DNA of 64,000 nt from Candidatus Poribacteria bacterium (lineage in GTDB: Bacteria > Poribacteria > WGA-4E > WGA-3G), in NCBI GenBank assembly GCA_963663765.2, contig CAXXUA010000003.1, forward strand, positions 1 through 64,000, in the 5' to 3' direction. Shown piece after piece: positions 19,372 to 29,300 of this stretch. Each line of letters opens with the position of its first letter. The stretch's first letter is position 1. Below the pieces are notes generated by a model that saw nothing but the letters and a program-made list of their open reading frames with translations, searched no databases and was not told the DNA's origin. The position numbers and the translations under genes are program-made.

Positions 19372-20269
19372 CAGGGTTATTTAGGTTTAAGAGTTTTCTG
19401 TTCTTGAGATTTACTGAAGGTTAATACCCAGGTTTGGTTTCCTAACCGAACTTTCTGCATCAGTTTTAGATTCTTTAAACATGAACATCGCTCTTTAGTC
19501 CCGTAGGGACGATATGTTTATAGAAAACGAATACCATCCACAGTTCTTTAGTCCCGTAGGGACGATATGTTTATAGAAAACGAATACCATCCACAGTTCT
19601 TTAGTCCCGTAGGGACGATATGTTTATAGAAAACGAATACCATCCACAGTTCTTTAGTCCCGTAGGGACGATATGTTTATAGAAAACGAATACCATCCAC
19701 AGTTCTTTAGTCCCGTAGGGACGATATGTTTATAGAAAACGAATACCATCCACAGTTCTTTAGTCCCGTAGGGACGATATGTTTATAGAAAACGAATACC
19801 ATCCACAGTTCTTTAGTCCCGTAGGGACGATATGTTTATAGAAAACGAATACCATCCACAGTTCTTTAGTCCCGTAGGGACGATATGTTTATAGAAAACG
19901 AATACCATCCCCAGTTCTTTAGTCCCGTAGGGACGATATGTTTATAGAAAACGAATACCATCCACAGTTCTTTAGTCCCGTAGGGACGATATGTTTATAG
20001 AAAACGAATACCATCCACAGTTCTTTAGTCCCGACAAATGCCATACGGGGAATGCCTTAATGGCATTCATACCGTTGATTTGGCGTTGATTTGGTAGGGA
20101 CGATATGTTTATTTTTCTATGTCGTTCCTACGGAACTCAAGAGGGATAGATAACATGTTTCTATAAACATATCGTCCCTACGGGACTAAAGACATGGACA
20201 AGATGGCAACACATAAAATTAACGACATAGCAAAATATTATCAATCATATTGAAAACTGAATAACCCTG
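19372..20269. mobile_element. MITE-C (ISAs1-type ends) with amplified REP array
   Basis: TIR CAGGGTTATT/AATAACCCTG. Relatives at 37482-37787 and 62874-63183. Confidence 0.8.
19492..20033. repeat. 10 x 53-bp tandem REP array plus an interrupted 11th unit
   Basis: Unit TCTTTAGTCCCGTAGGGACGATATGTTTATAGAAAACGAATACCATCCACAGT, essentially invariant. Confidence 0.95.
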
Positions 20270-20406
20270 TTATCACATCCTCTAATTTGACAATAGAAAT
20301 GAATATATCAGCAATCTGACAGAATAATTTATAGGCACAATCTGGCAGAATGTGCTACAACTGCCCGCACAATCTGGAAGAATGTCTATTATTGGCGAAG
20401 GTATTG

Positions 20407-20544
20407 ATTGAACGTTTCAATTTTGATTAGTGATTTGCGACATGGATCAAGTGGAGTCTCTCTTTCCACATCCAAACGGACGACAGAGTTAGATAAGGCA
20501 TTTTCAGCAATTTGTTGTAAAGTAGTATCTTTTTTCTCTTTCAT
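20407..20544 (-). pseudogene. Truncated duplicate of the 5' end of the 20681-22174 protease gene
   Basis: Near-identical to 22037-22174 plus upstream sequence. Cut off by a MITE-B end at 20406. Confidence 0.85.
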
Positions 20545-20680
20545 ATTTGAGTCTCTTTTTTGTTTGCTTCAGTGTTATACCAATCTATAAATTATTGTCT
20601 CATTTATTGTTCTCATTCTTTGGGACACAAACTGGAAAGTTTGTGCTACAAAAGAGAAACATTACATATTAGAAATGGTG

Positions 20681-22174
20681 TTAGCTGGTTGATTTTTCTA
20701 TATCTGGATCTAATTCCTTTGCTTTTGTGAAGTCTGCTTGTGCTGCTTCTTGTTGCCCGAGAGTATGTTTTGCTTTGCCACGGTCATGATAGTATAAAGC
20801 TTTCTTTGGTCTGAGGCGGATGGATTCATTGAAATCTTCAATTGCTTCCTGATGATCACCGAGAGCAGTTTTTGCTGCGCCACGTGTATGATAAAAAGCA
20901 GCACGTACTCGCGGAAGTTTAGGTTTGAACTTAAAGGCAGTATCAACATCCTCTATTGCATATTGATAACAATATTCCGCTTCTTCTTTATTGCCCAGTT
21001 TGTTTTCAAATTGCCCTAACAAAAATCTCGTCCAACCACGACTGTTATAGGTGATGCCTGTCTCTTCTTTTATATCAATTGCTTCAGAAAATAGGTTGAT
21101 GGCATATTTATAATACCTTCGTATCTCATAGTTTTTGCCCTTCTCCGATGCAGATTTAGCTTTACGAATATATGAATTAGCATTAGCAGATAACCAAAAT
21201 CTTCTACCTACGATAGAAGTAATTAGATGGAGTGCAAACCGGAAACCATAAAGGTTAAGCATTTTCCATCGCCATGAGATAGACTCATGGATATTTGAAA
21301 AACTAAATGAGACAGCATTGAATTGATGAATAGTTAGGAGATCCGTTATTGCATCTGTCAAATAACCAAATTCCAACTTAACGTCCGCACGACTTGTATA
21401 AGCTTCCTGTTTGTCAGGGAAAAGTTCAATCGCAAAATCATAATGTGCAATTGCTCCTTTTAGGTTGCCATCCTTTTGAAACTTTTCTGCTGCGTCAATT
21501 TCAACTAAATAACGTATTTCTGGAAGTTCTTGCCATACCTCAAAAGGAACTGCTTCTTTTCTATTCTGTAACAACTTTTTCAATCTGTCTGTGGGTATAG
21601 CATAACTACATACGAAATTTCCGGAATCATCAACCCCAGTGGATTTCCCTATGCCAATAACTTCACCTATACTATTTAGTATAGGAGTACCACTGGACCC
21701 GCCAGTGAATTTGGTTGACAAACGGATAAGATCAGTACTCGGTCTTTTGGGTATACTTTGAATAATTCCGTGTTCAATCTTTGCTATAGAATCAGGATAA
21801 CCAACAGCACAGATTTTATCCTCATTTTGTATCGTGTCACTATCACCAAGTGTAAGCGGATTTCCTTCAGAAGAAACCTTTAGAATAATTAGGTCATTTT
21901 TATCATCATGAACTTCCACACTCTCAATTTGGCATGCCTCTTCTTGCCCAGGAGCTTTTATATTCACAGATGTTGCCCCAACGATGACGTGAAAGTTTGT
22001 GACTATTAGATGTTTATCAATAAAAAACCCACTTCCATTGAACGTTTCAATTTTGATTAGTGATTTGCGACATGGATCAAGTGGAGTCTCTCTTTCCACA
22101 TCCAAACGGACGACAGAGTTAGATAAGGCATTTTCAGCAATTTGTTGTAAAGTAGTATCTTTTTTCTCTTCCAT
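20681..22174 (-). CDS. Trypsin-like serine protease + TPR protein
   Basis: Triad TNFHV / DLIILK / GSSGTP. TPRs. Family tail ADFTKAKELDP. Confidence 0.85.
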   Translation of the reverse strand: MEEKKDTTLQQIAENALSNSVVRLDVERETPLDPCRKSLIKIETFNGSGFFIDKHLIVTNFHVIVGATSVNIKAPGQEEACQIESVEVHDDKNDLIILKVSSEGNPLTLGDSDTIQNEDKICAVGYPDSIAKIEHGIIQSIPKRPSTDLIRLSTKFTGGSSGTPILNSIGEVIGIGKSTGVDDSGNFVCSYAIPTDRLKKLLQNRKEAVPFEVWQELPEIRYLVEIDAAEKFQKDGNLKGAIAHYDFAIELFPDKQEAYTSRADVKLEFGYLTDAITDLLTIHQFNAVSFSFSNIHESISWRWKMLNLYGFRFALHLITSIVGRRFWLSANANSYIRKAKSASEKGKNYEIRRYYKYAINLFSEAIDIKEETGITYNSRGWTRFLLGQFENKLGNKEEAEYCYQYAIEDVDTAFKFKPKLPRVRAAFYHTRGAAKTALGDHQEAIEDFNESIRLRPKKALYYHDRGKAKHTLGQQEAAQADFTKAKELDPDIEKSTS

Positions 22175-22207
22175 ATTTGAGTCTCTTTTTTATTTGCTTT
22201 CAGTGTT

Positions 22208-22555
22208 CAATACCTTCGCCAATAATAGACATTCTGTCAGATTGTGCGGTCAGTTGTAGCACATTCTGCCAGATTGTGCGGTCAGTTGTAGCACATTCTG
22301 CCAGATTGTGCGTGTAGTTTTGTAGCACATTCTTCCAGATTGTGCGTGTAGTTTTGTAGCACATTCTTCCAGATTGTGCATATAAATTATTCTGTCAGAT
22401 TCTATCGTCAAATTAGACGCTATGATAAATAAAAATACTTCAACGAAAACCTGAAGTTATTTTTATTTATGTAATCCTAACAATATCACAGAACAATGGT
22501 AGATCAACACTATATACTCATTCAACTGAAGCACTCAAAAATGGCGAAGGTATTG
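22208..22555. mobile_element. MITE-B
   Basis: TIR CAATACCTTCGCCA/TGGCGAAGGTATTG. 6-bp TSD AGTGTT. Internal 32-34 bp repeats. The paralogous empty site is at 20571. Confidence 0.9.
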
Positions 22556-22809
22556 AGTGTTATGAGGGTGTATAAAGATCCTTTGCATTTGTCTGAACCA
22601 GGATTTCCAAGATTTATAGATTTCCAAGATTAGAGATCCAGGCGGTAGCGTCCCATTCCAAATAGACACTTCCTTGCAAATATTTCAATAATATTTATCC
22701 TAAGGATATGGGTTTGCTGACAAACTCTTATCCAGAAAATCTAATAATCCTGAAAATCCTGGTTCAGACAAGTAACCAAAACTTTACAATCCTTTGCTCG
22801 TTTTCAGTG

Positions 22810-24507
22810 TTAGCTGGTTGATTTTTCTATATTTGGGTCTAATTCCTTTGCTTTTGCAAAGTCTGCTTCTGCATCTTCGTGATGTCCGAGTGCTTGTTTT
22901 GCTTTGCCTCGATTGTTGTATGCCTTTGCATATTTTGGGTTTAGTTTGATAGACATATCGTAATCTTCAATTGCACTTTCATGATCCTCAAGGGCAGCTT
23001 TTGCAGCACCGCGATTGAAATGGATAGCAGTGCGACATGCGTCACATTCCATTTCTGACTGGATAGCATCATCGCTGTCTGATATGATTTCTTGATATAA
23101 GTTTTGTGCTGCTTCCGTATTCCCTTGTTGACTTTTAAGTTGTGCTAACTGATGTTTCACCTGTCCAATGTGATTATAGATGTATAGTCCTTTTAGTTTG
23201 CGGTTGATTGCTTCACTATAGTCGTCTATCGTTCCTTGATATAATTTTCTTGCTTCTTTCAAGTTTCTGTGTTGTGATTCAAACTGACCGAAAATATATT
23301 TTGCCATTCCCCGACTGTGGTAAGATTTTGCACGCTTCGGTTTTTGATTGATAACTTCGGAAAGATCGGCTATTGCCTCTTTATATGATGTTTTTGCTGC
23401 ATACAAATACTTCTTCTTTTTTTCAATGGGTTCCTGATTGATAACCTCAGTAAATTCATCAATTATCGCTTGGTATATATTCAATATGTCTGATATATCT
23501 CCATTTGCGATTCTTCTTTTAGCTAAACGGAATCTAACCTGTGCTTGAATATCAAACCAAGTGCTTTCTCCAACTAACTTACTTATGAATCGTATAAAAC
23601 CTGCATGTAAAGAAAGTCTGATGAATCGTAGCTGCCAAGAAAGGAACATGCCAAAACGTGTGAGACTAAATCGTTCTCGGTTGAGTTTATGAGCTGAGAG
23701 TGTATTGAAGAGGTATTCGTCTCGTTTCTCTAAGTAGAACATCAGTGAAGCTCTGTTTGTGTAGTCAGCAGCCAAATCGGGATTGAGTCTAATGGCATCA
23801 TCGTAGCATGCGATTGCCTCCTTGATGTCTCCGTGTTGACGTTTAAGATGCGCATCAGAAGATTTTACATAAGCATATATTCGTGATCGTTTTTGCCAAG
23901 CATCAAGTGATTCCACTTCATTCGTTTCGTTCAACAAGTTTTTGAGAAGATTTGAGGCGATGTTTGTCCCCTCACTGGATTCAGCTTCATCAACTGGTGA
24001 AATTCCAGATCTGACAATAGCGATAACTTCACCTTTCGTATTCAGCACCGGGCTGCCACTATACCCCTGCATATCAGTCATATTGAACTCTGCGACGATA
24101 TGTTTACCACTGTTTCGGATGCTATTGACAGTGCCTTCCACGCGGTTTGTATTTTTCTTACGATGTCCAAAAACACAGACTTGTTCACCTTTACGAACTT
24201 TTTTACTATTGCCGAGGGGAAATGGTGTGCCTTCCTCTACAACCTTTAGAACAGCGAAGTCGTTTATATCATCAAAAGCGATGATACCTTCAACGGTATA
24301 GTCAGTTTCTGTATTGATGGATTTCGCAGTGATTTTTTCAGCACCAGCGAGGACATGAACGTTGGTTACGATTTTGTCAGGTTCAATGAAAAACCCATTA
24401 CCTAAAGCATTAGATTTGTCTTCTTTATATTTCTTTTTCAAGCGTACCGTTGTGCCTGTGAATTCTTCTCCGTTTTTCGGGGATAATTTATCTTTTTCTT
24501 CTTCCAT
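22810..24507 (-). CDS. Trypsin-like serine protease + TPR protein
   Basis: Triad TNVHV / DFAVLK / GYSGSP. TPRs. ATG at 24507 with GGAG RBS. Confidence 0.85.
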   Translation of the reverse strand: MEEEKDKLSPKNGEEFTGTTVRLKKKYKEDKSNALGNGFFIEPDKIVTNVHVLAGAEKITAKSINTETDYTVEGIIAFDDINDFAVLKVVEEGTPFPLGNSKKVRKGEQVCVFGHRKKNTNRVEGTVNSIRNSGKHIVAEFNMTDMQGYSGSPVLNTKGEVIAIVRSGISPVDEAESSEGTNIASNLLKNLLNETNEVESLDAWQKRSRIYAYVKSSDAHLKRQHGDIKEAIACYDDAIRLNPDLAADYTNRASLMFYLEKRDEYLFNTLSAHKLNRERFSLTRFGMFLSWQLRFIRLSLHAGFIRFISKLVGESTWFDIQAQVRFRLAKRRIANGDISDILNIYQAIIDEFTEVINQEPIEKKKKYLYAAKTSYKEAIADLSEVINQKPKRAKSYHSRGMAKYIFGQFESQHRNLKEARKLYQGTIDDYSEAINRKLKGLYIYNHIGQVKHQLAQLKSQQGNTEAAQNLYQEIISDSDDAIQSEMECDACRTAIHFNRGAAKAALEDHESAIEDYDMSIKLNPKYAKAYNNRGKAKQALGHHEDAEADFAKAKELDPNIEKSTS

Positions 24508-24529
24508 GAGTGTTTCTCCCACTTCTTGT

Positions 24530-26020
24530 CTATTCGTGTGTAGACTTTTTTTCAAATTCTGGGTCTAATTCTTTTGCCTTCGCGAAATCTGCTTCCGATG
24601 CTTCGTGCTGCCCAAGTACCTCTTTTGAAAGTCCGAGATCATGATAGTATAATGCCTTCTTCGGTCTTAGTCGGATGGATTCATTGAAATCTTCAATCGC
24701 GCCTTCATGATCGCCTAAAGCAGCCTGCGCAGCACCACGTGTGTGATAGATAACTGACTTATACTTAGAATCCTTTGATTCCAACTGGAGTGCTGAGTCA
24801 CCGTCAGATATTGCTTCTTGATATAGCCTTTGCGCCTCTGCTGTGTTTCCGTATTCAGTTTCAAGTTGCCCTAACAGATACTTTGTCCAGCCACGTTCAT
24901 TATAAATTTTAACCTTTTCTGGTTTTAGATTGATAGCATTAGTGAAGTCGTTTATTGCCTCTTGATATAGGCATCGGACTTCCGTTATGTGTCCGTGATC
25001 AACTTTAGATTTACCAAGTGCTCGCTTCACATAACCCCGACTAAAAAATCCATTGTAAGATTCCGAGTCAAGGAAGATGGCCTCGTTAGCATCTTCTATT
25101 GCATCTTGGTAGTTTCCCAATTCACTCTTAGCCATTCCGCGTGCAGCATAGGCAGTATTCAAAAAGGGAATGAGCTTACTTGCAATAATTTTGTCATAGA
25201 TTGCTATCGCTGATTCATAGTTTCCTGATGTGAGCTTTATACTTGCGCGTATACCGTAGAAAAAACTCTGAACAACATGCCAAGTAATCCAGAGCATACC
25301 AATCACTCGCTTATGCCACCTGCCCCACTCATACAACTCATACACAGTCAGTGTCAGAACATCGCTCCGTTTTTGCCATGCCGACAAAGGTTCAACTTCA
25401 ACACTCTCTGTCTCAGCGAGTAATGTCTTAAGTGTATTTGAAGGTATAGCGATACCATCACCAGATTTGTTGCTTCCGTGAATAACGGCTATTACTTCTC
25501 CTTTACTGTTCAACATGGGGCTACCACTGTAACCTTGTCTAATAGGTGCTTTAAACCGTATGCGTTTTCCACGATTCAGAAAGCCGATCAAGGTGCCATC
25601 AGATCCGCGCTGTTCTTCTTCCTCAGGATAGCCCAGGACACAAATAGGTTCACCAGATTTCACCATGTTACTATCACCAAGTTGGAAGGAGGAGCCTACA
25701 TCAGAGGTTTTTAGAACCGCGAGATCGTTTTTAATATCAAAGGCTATGATACCTTCAATAGTGTAGATAGAATCTGCTTCAATGTGCTTTGCAATGATCT
25801 TTGTAGTCCCTAAGAGCACGTGGCAATTCGTCGCGATTTTGTTATGTGCTACAAAGAAACCGGTACTTTGACCTCCGAACCTCTCATCTGCATATTCCAT
25901 TTCCAAGAGAAGCGTCGTGCCACTGATTTCTTCAGCAGGCTGTTGGCTTTCGTTGTTTTTCGGATCTGTCACTATACCGATCACCTCTTTTTCTATATCT
26001 CGTATGACATCTATATCCAT
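24530..26020 (-). CDS. Trypsin-like serine protease + TPR protein
   Basis: Triad TNCHV / DLAVLK / GYSGSP. TPRs. Start codon uncertain. Confidence 0.85.
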   Translation of the reverse strand: MDIDVIRDIEKEVIGIVTDPKNNESQQPAEEISGTTLLLEMEYADERFGGQSTGFFVAHNKIATNCHVLLGTTKIIAKHIEADSIYTIEGIIAFDIKNDLAVLKTSDVGSSFQLGDSNMVKSGEPICVLGYPEEEEQRGSDGTLIGFLNRGKRIRFKAPIRQGYSGSPMLNSKGEVIAVIHGSNKSGDGIAIPSNTLKTLLAETESVEVEPLSAWQKRSDVLTLTVYELYEWGRWHKRVIGMLWITWHVVQSFFYGIRASIKLTSGNYESAIAIYDKIIASKLIPFLNTAYAARGMAKSELGNYQDAIEDANEAIFLDSESYNGFFSRGYVKRALGKSKVDHGHITEVRCLYQEAINDFTNAINLKPEKVKIYNERGWTKYLLGQLETEYGNTAEAQRLYQEAISDGDSALQLESKDSKYKSVIYHTRGAAQAALGDHEGAIEDFNESIRLRPKKALYYHDLGLSKEVLGQHEASEADFAKAKELDPEFEKKSTHE

Positions 26021-26058
26021 TATACACCAAATCACTCAGAATTCAAACCAAAAAAGAC

Positions 26059-26088
26059 TTGACATCACGGTATAGCATGTAGTATCAT
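26059..26088 (+). promoter_or_regulatory. Putative ileS promoter
   Basis: TTGACA-18-TATCAT upstream of the leader ORF. Confidence 0.55.
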
Positions 26089-26115
26089 AACATAAAATCT
26101 AATCAGGATTATAAG

Positions 26116-26244
26116 ATGCTTTATCAATCGCTTACCACACTGACATCGCAATATAGGAAGTCTACGCGTGACACTGCCCCATGTCATGACTCTCATCGCA
26201 CTATACATATTATTATTGCAATTCGTCGTGCTGTGGTGGGTTAA
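26116..26244 (+). CDS. Ile-rich leader peptide (42 aa) of ileS
   Basis: RBS CAGGA. Peptide MLYQSLTTLTSQYRKSTRDTAPCHDSHRTIHIIIAIRRAVVG*. Five Ile codons in seven (26203-26223) and none elsewhere. Confidence 0.75.
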   Translation: MLYQSLTTLTSQYRKSTRDTAPCHDSHRTIHIIIAIRRAVVG

Positions 26245-26271
26245 TCGCAAGCAGATAACAAGCATTATTAG

Positions 26272-26319
26272 GACGCCCATCACTGAAACAGACAAGTTCG
26301 GTGGGGCGTTTTGTATTTT
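26272..26319 (+). terminator. Attenuator terminator upstream of ileS
   Basis: GACGCCC-AT-CACTGAA / TTCGGTG-GGGCGTT stem plus TTGTATTTT. Its 5' arm can alternatively pair with GTGGTGGGT (26233-26241). Confidence 0.75.
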
Positions 26320-26343
26320 AAACACTACATAAGGAAATTTCGT

Positions 26344-29300
26344 ATGTTTGAAGAGGTATCACCACAATTTACATTTGCAGAAAAAGAGAAACAGACCCTT
26401 GCGTTCTGGCGCAATCATGACATCTTTCAGAAGAGTATGGAGATGCACAAAGATGCACCGTCCTTTGTTTTCCTTGAGGGACCGCCATTTGCAAATGCAC
26501 CGCCCGGTGTGCATCACGTCCTTGCACGTATTATGAAGGATGCTGTCTGCCGATATAAGACGATGACGGGGCATTATGTCCACAGAAAAGCGGGGTGGGA
26601 TACCCATGGACTTCCCGTTGAGTATCAGGTCGAAAAGCAACTCAATATCACAAATAAAGCAGAACTGGAAGCTTACGGCGTTCAGAACTTTATTGAGAAG
26701 TGCAAGGAAAATGTCTTTCAATATGAGCAGGATTGGCGGGAGATGACAGAACGTATCGGGTTCTGGGTGAACTTAGATGAAGCGTATATTACCTTGTCAA
26801 ACGATTATATTGAGAGTGTGTGGTGGGTGTTGCGGCAAGCGTGGGATAAGAAGTTATTGTATCAGGGACATAAGGTGCAACCGTATTGCTATCGGTGTGG
26901 TACAACATTGGCAAGCCATGAGGTCGCGCTCGGTTATCAAGAGGTTGCTGACCCGTCAATTTTTGTGCGATTTCCACTGAAAAATAGAGAGAACTCCTAT
27001 CTGCTTGTTTGGACAACGACACCTTGGACGTTGCCATCTAACGTTGCTGTGGCTGTCGGTAAAGATTATGATTATGTTGCTGTTGAACATAACGGACAAC
27101 ACCTCATTCTTGCGAATGAATGTATACCGAGTTTGTTCGGTGAGGAATTTCCGAAAATCGTTGAAACCTATAAAGGCAGCGATCTCCGTGATTGGGAATA
27201 CGAACCGCTTTTTGATAGTGGGAAACATGAAGAGAGATCACACTACATCGTCACTGATGATTTTGTGACAACAACAGAGGGCAGTGGTTTAGTCCATATT
27301 GCTCCTGCCTTCGGACAGGATGACTACGATATTGGGCAGAAGTACAATCTACCGTTTGTGCAGTTGGTGGGTGATGATGGTAAGTTTGTCAATGAAGTTA
27401 AGGACGAGTGGGTAGGTGAATATGTGAAAAATGCTGACCCGAAAATCATTGCGAACTTGGACAAACGCGGATTGCTGTTCAAGGAAACCGAATACACACA
27501 CCAATATCCGTTCTGTTGGCGATGTGATAACCCTTTGCTATACTATGCGCGCGAATCGTGGTTTATCCGTACCACTGCTATCCGTGACCAGATGCAACAG
27601 CACAATCAGGAAATCAACTGGTACCCTGAGCATATCAAGGATGGTCGGTTCGGGAATTGGTTAGAGAATAACATTGACTGGGGATTGAGTCGTGAACGTT
27701 ATTGGGGAACGCCGCTGCCTGTATGGATATGTGATGATTGTGGACATCAACATTGCATTGGTAGCATTGCAGAACTAAAAGAACTTGGAACAGATGTGCC
27801 TGACGATATTGAACTCCACCGTCCTTATGTGGATGAGGTTGTGCTGACCTGTGAGAAATGTAACGGAAAAATGCATCGTATCCAAGATGTGATTGACTGC
27901 TGGTTCGATTCAGGATGTGCTCACACTGCGCAATGGCACTATCCATTTGAAAACAGGGAATTATTTGAGCAAGCATATCCTGCGGATTTCATCTCTGAAG
28001 CAATTGACCAGACGCGCGGGTGGTTCTATAGCCTGTTAGCAACTGGCACGCTTCTTTATGACAAACCTGCCTACAAAAACTGCCTATGCCTTGAGCTGAT
28101 TCTTGCCTCCGATGGACAGAAGATGAGTAAGAGCAGAGGAAACACAGTTGATCCGTGGACGATTTTAGACAAGCAGGGTGCAGACGCGATGCGGTGGTAT
28201 ATGTTCACGGCATCACCACCTTGGGCACAACGGACATTCAAGATTGAAGGTGTTGATGAAGCGTTGAAGAAGTTCATGGGAACGTTTCACAATGTCTACA
28301 GTTTCTTTGTGATGTATGCCAACTTGGAACAGGTTGATGTCTTGAAGCATGCTCCACCGGTTGCAGAACGTGCAATCGTTGACAGTTGGATTCTGTCACG
28401 CCTGCATACCTTGATTAAGAGAGTGCGTGAGGACATGGAGAACTACCAACTTACTAATGCACCGCGTGCGATTGAGGCGTTTGTGGATGACCTGAGCAAC
28501 TGGTATGTGCGCCGTTCACGTGATCGTTTCTGGGGAGCGGAGGCAGGACAGGATAAGCAGGCCGCTTACGCCACGTTGTATGAGGTGCTTGTCACTGTAG
28601 CGAAACTTTCTGCGCCATTTATCCCGTTTCTATCGGATGAACTCTACCGCAACTTAGTCGGTTCGCTTGCCCCTGATGCGCCAGTCAGTGTGCACCTTGC
28701 GGAATATCCTGTTGTGGATGCTGCGTTGATAGATGCCGAATTGGAAAACGATATGGCATTCACGCGCGAGGTCATCAGTATGGGACATGCAGCGCGGAAT
28801 CGGTCTGGTATTAAGACCCGTCAACCGCTTGCTGAAGTTACACTTGGTGGATTGTCGGACGCAGAAAAAGAGACTATCCATCGTTTATCGTCCTTCGTGC
28901 ATGATGAACTGAATGTCAAGGAAATTGTCTTTACTGAGGAACTGAACACCTATGCACAGGTTACACTCAAACCGAACTTCAAGGTCCTAGGACCTAAGTA
29001 TGGCAAAGGTGTGCAGGCAATCGCAAAAGCACTGGCAACCGCTGATGCAATGCAGCTGAAAGCGGAATTGGAAGCAAATGGGAGCCTGCAGATTGAAGAA
29101 TCGGGTGAAACCTACACGGTTGAGTCCTCAGAAATTGATGTGCGGACAGAAAATCGAGAAGGCTTTTTTGTTGAGGTGGACTCCAGTAAATTTGTGGCAT
29201 TGTCAACAGAACTGACACACGAATTAGTGCTTGAAGGCATGGCACGTGAACTTGTCAACAAAATCCAGAACATGCGGAAGGAAGCGGACTTTAATGTGTC

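Noticed and set aside
19492-20033. CRISPR-like array with palindromic repeat (also 13731-13966 and 58189-58400)
   Set aside because: Pure tandem repeats inside MITEs, with no variable spacers or leader.
26090-26343. T-box riboswitch upstream of ileS
   Set aside because: No AGGGTGGNACCGCG T-box consensus or recognisable stem I. The leader-peptide model fits better.
26311-26343. ORF-track TTG start for ileS
   Set aside because: Lies in the attenuator U-tract. ATG 26344 has the AAGGA RBS.
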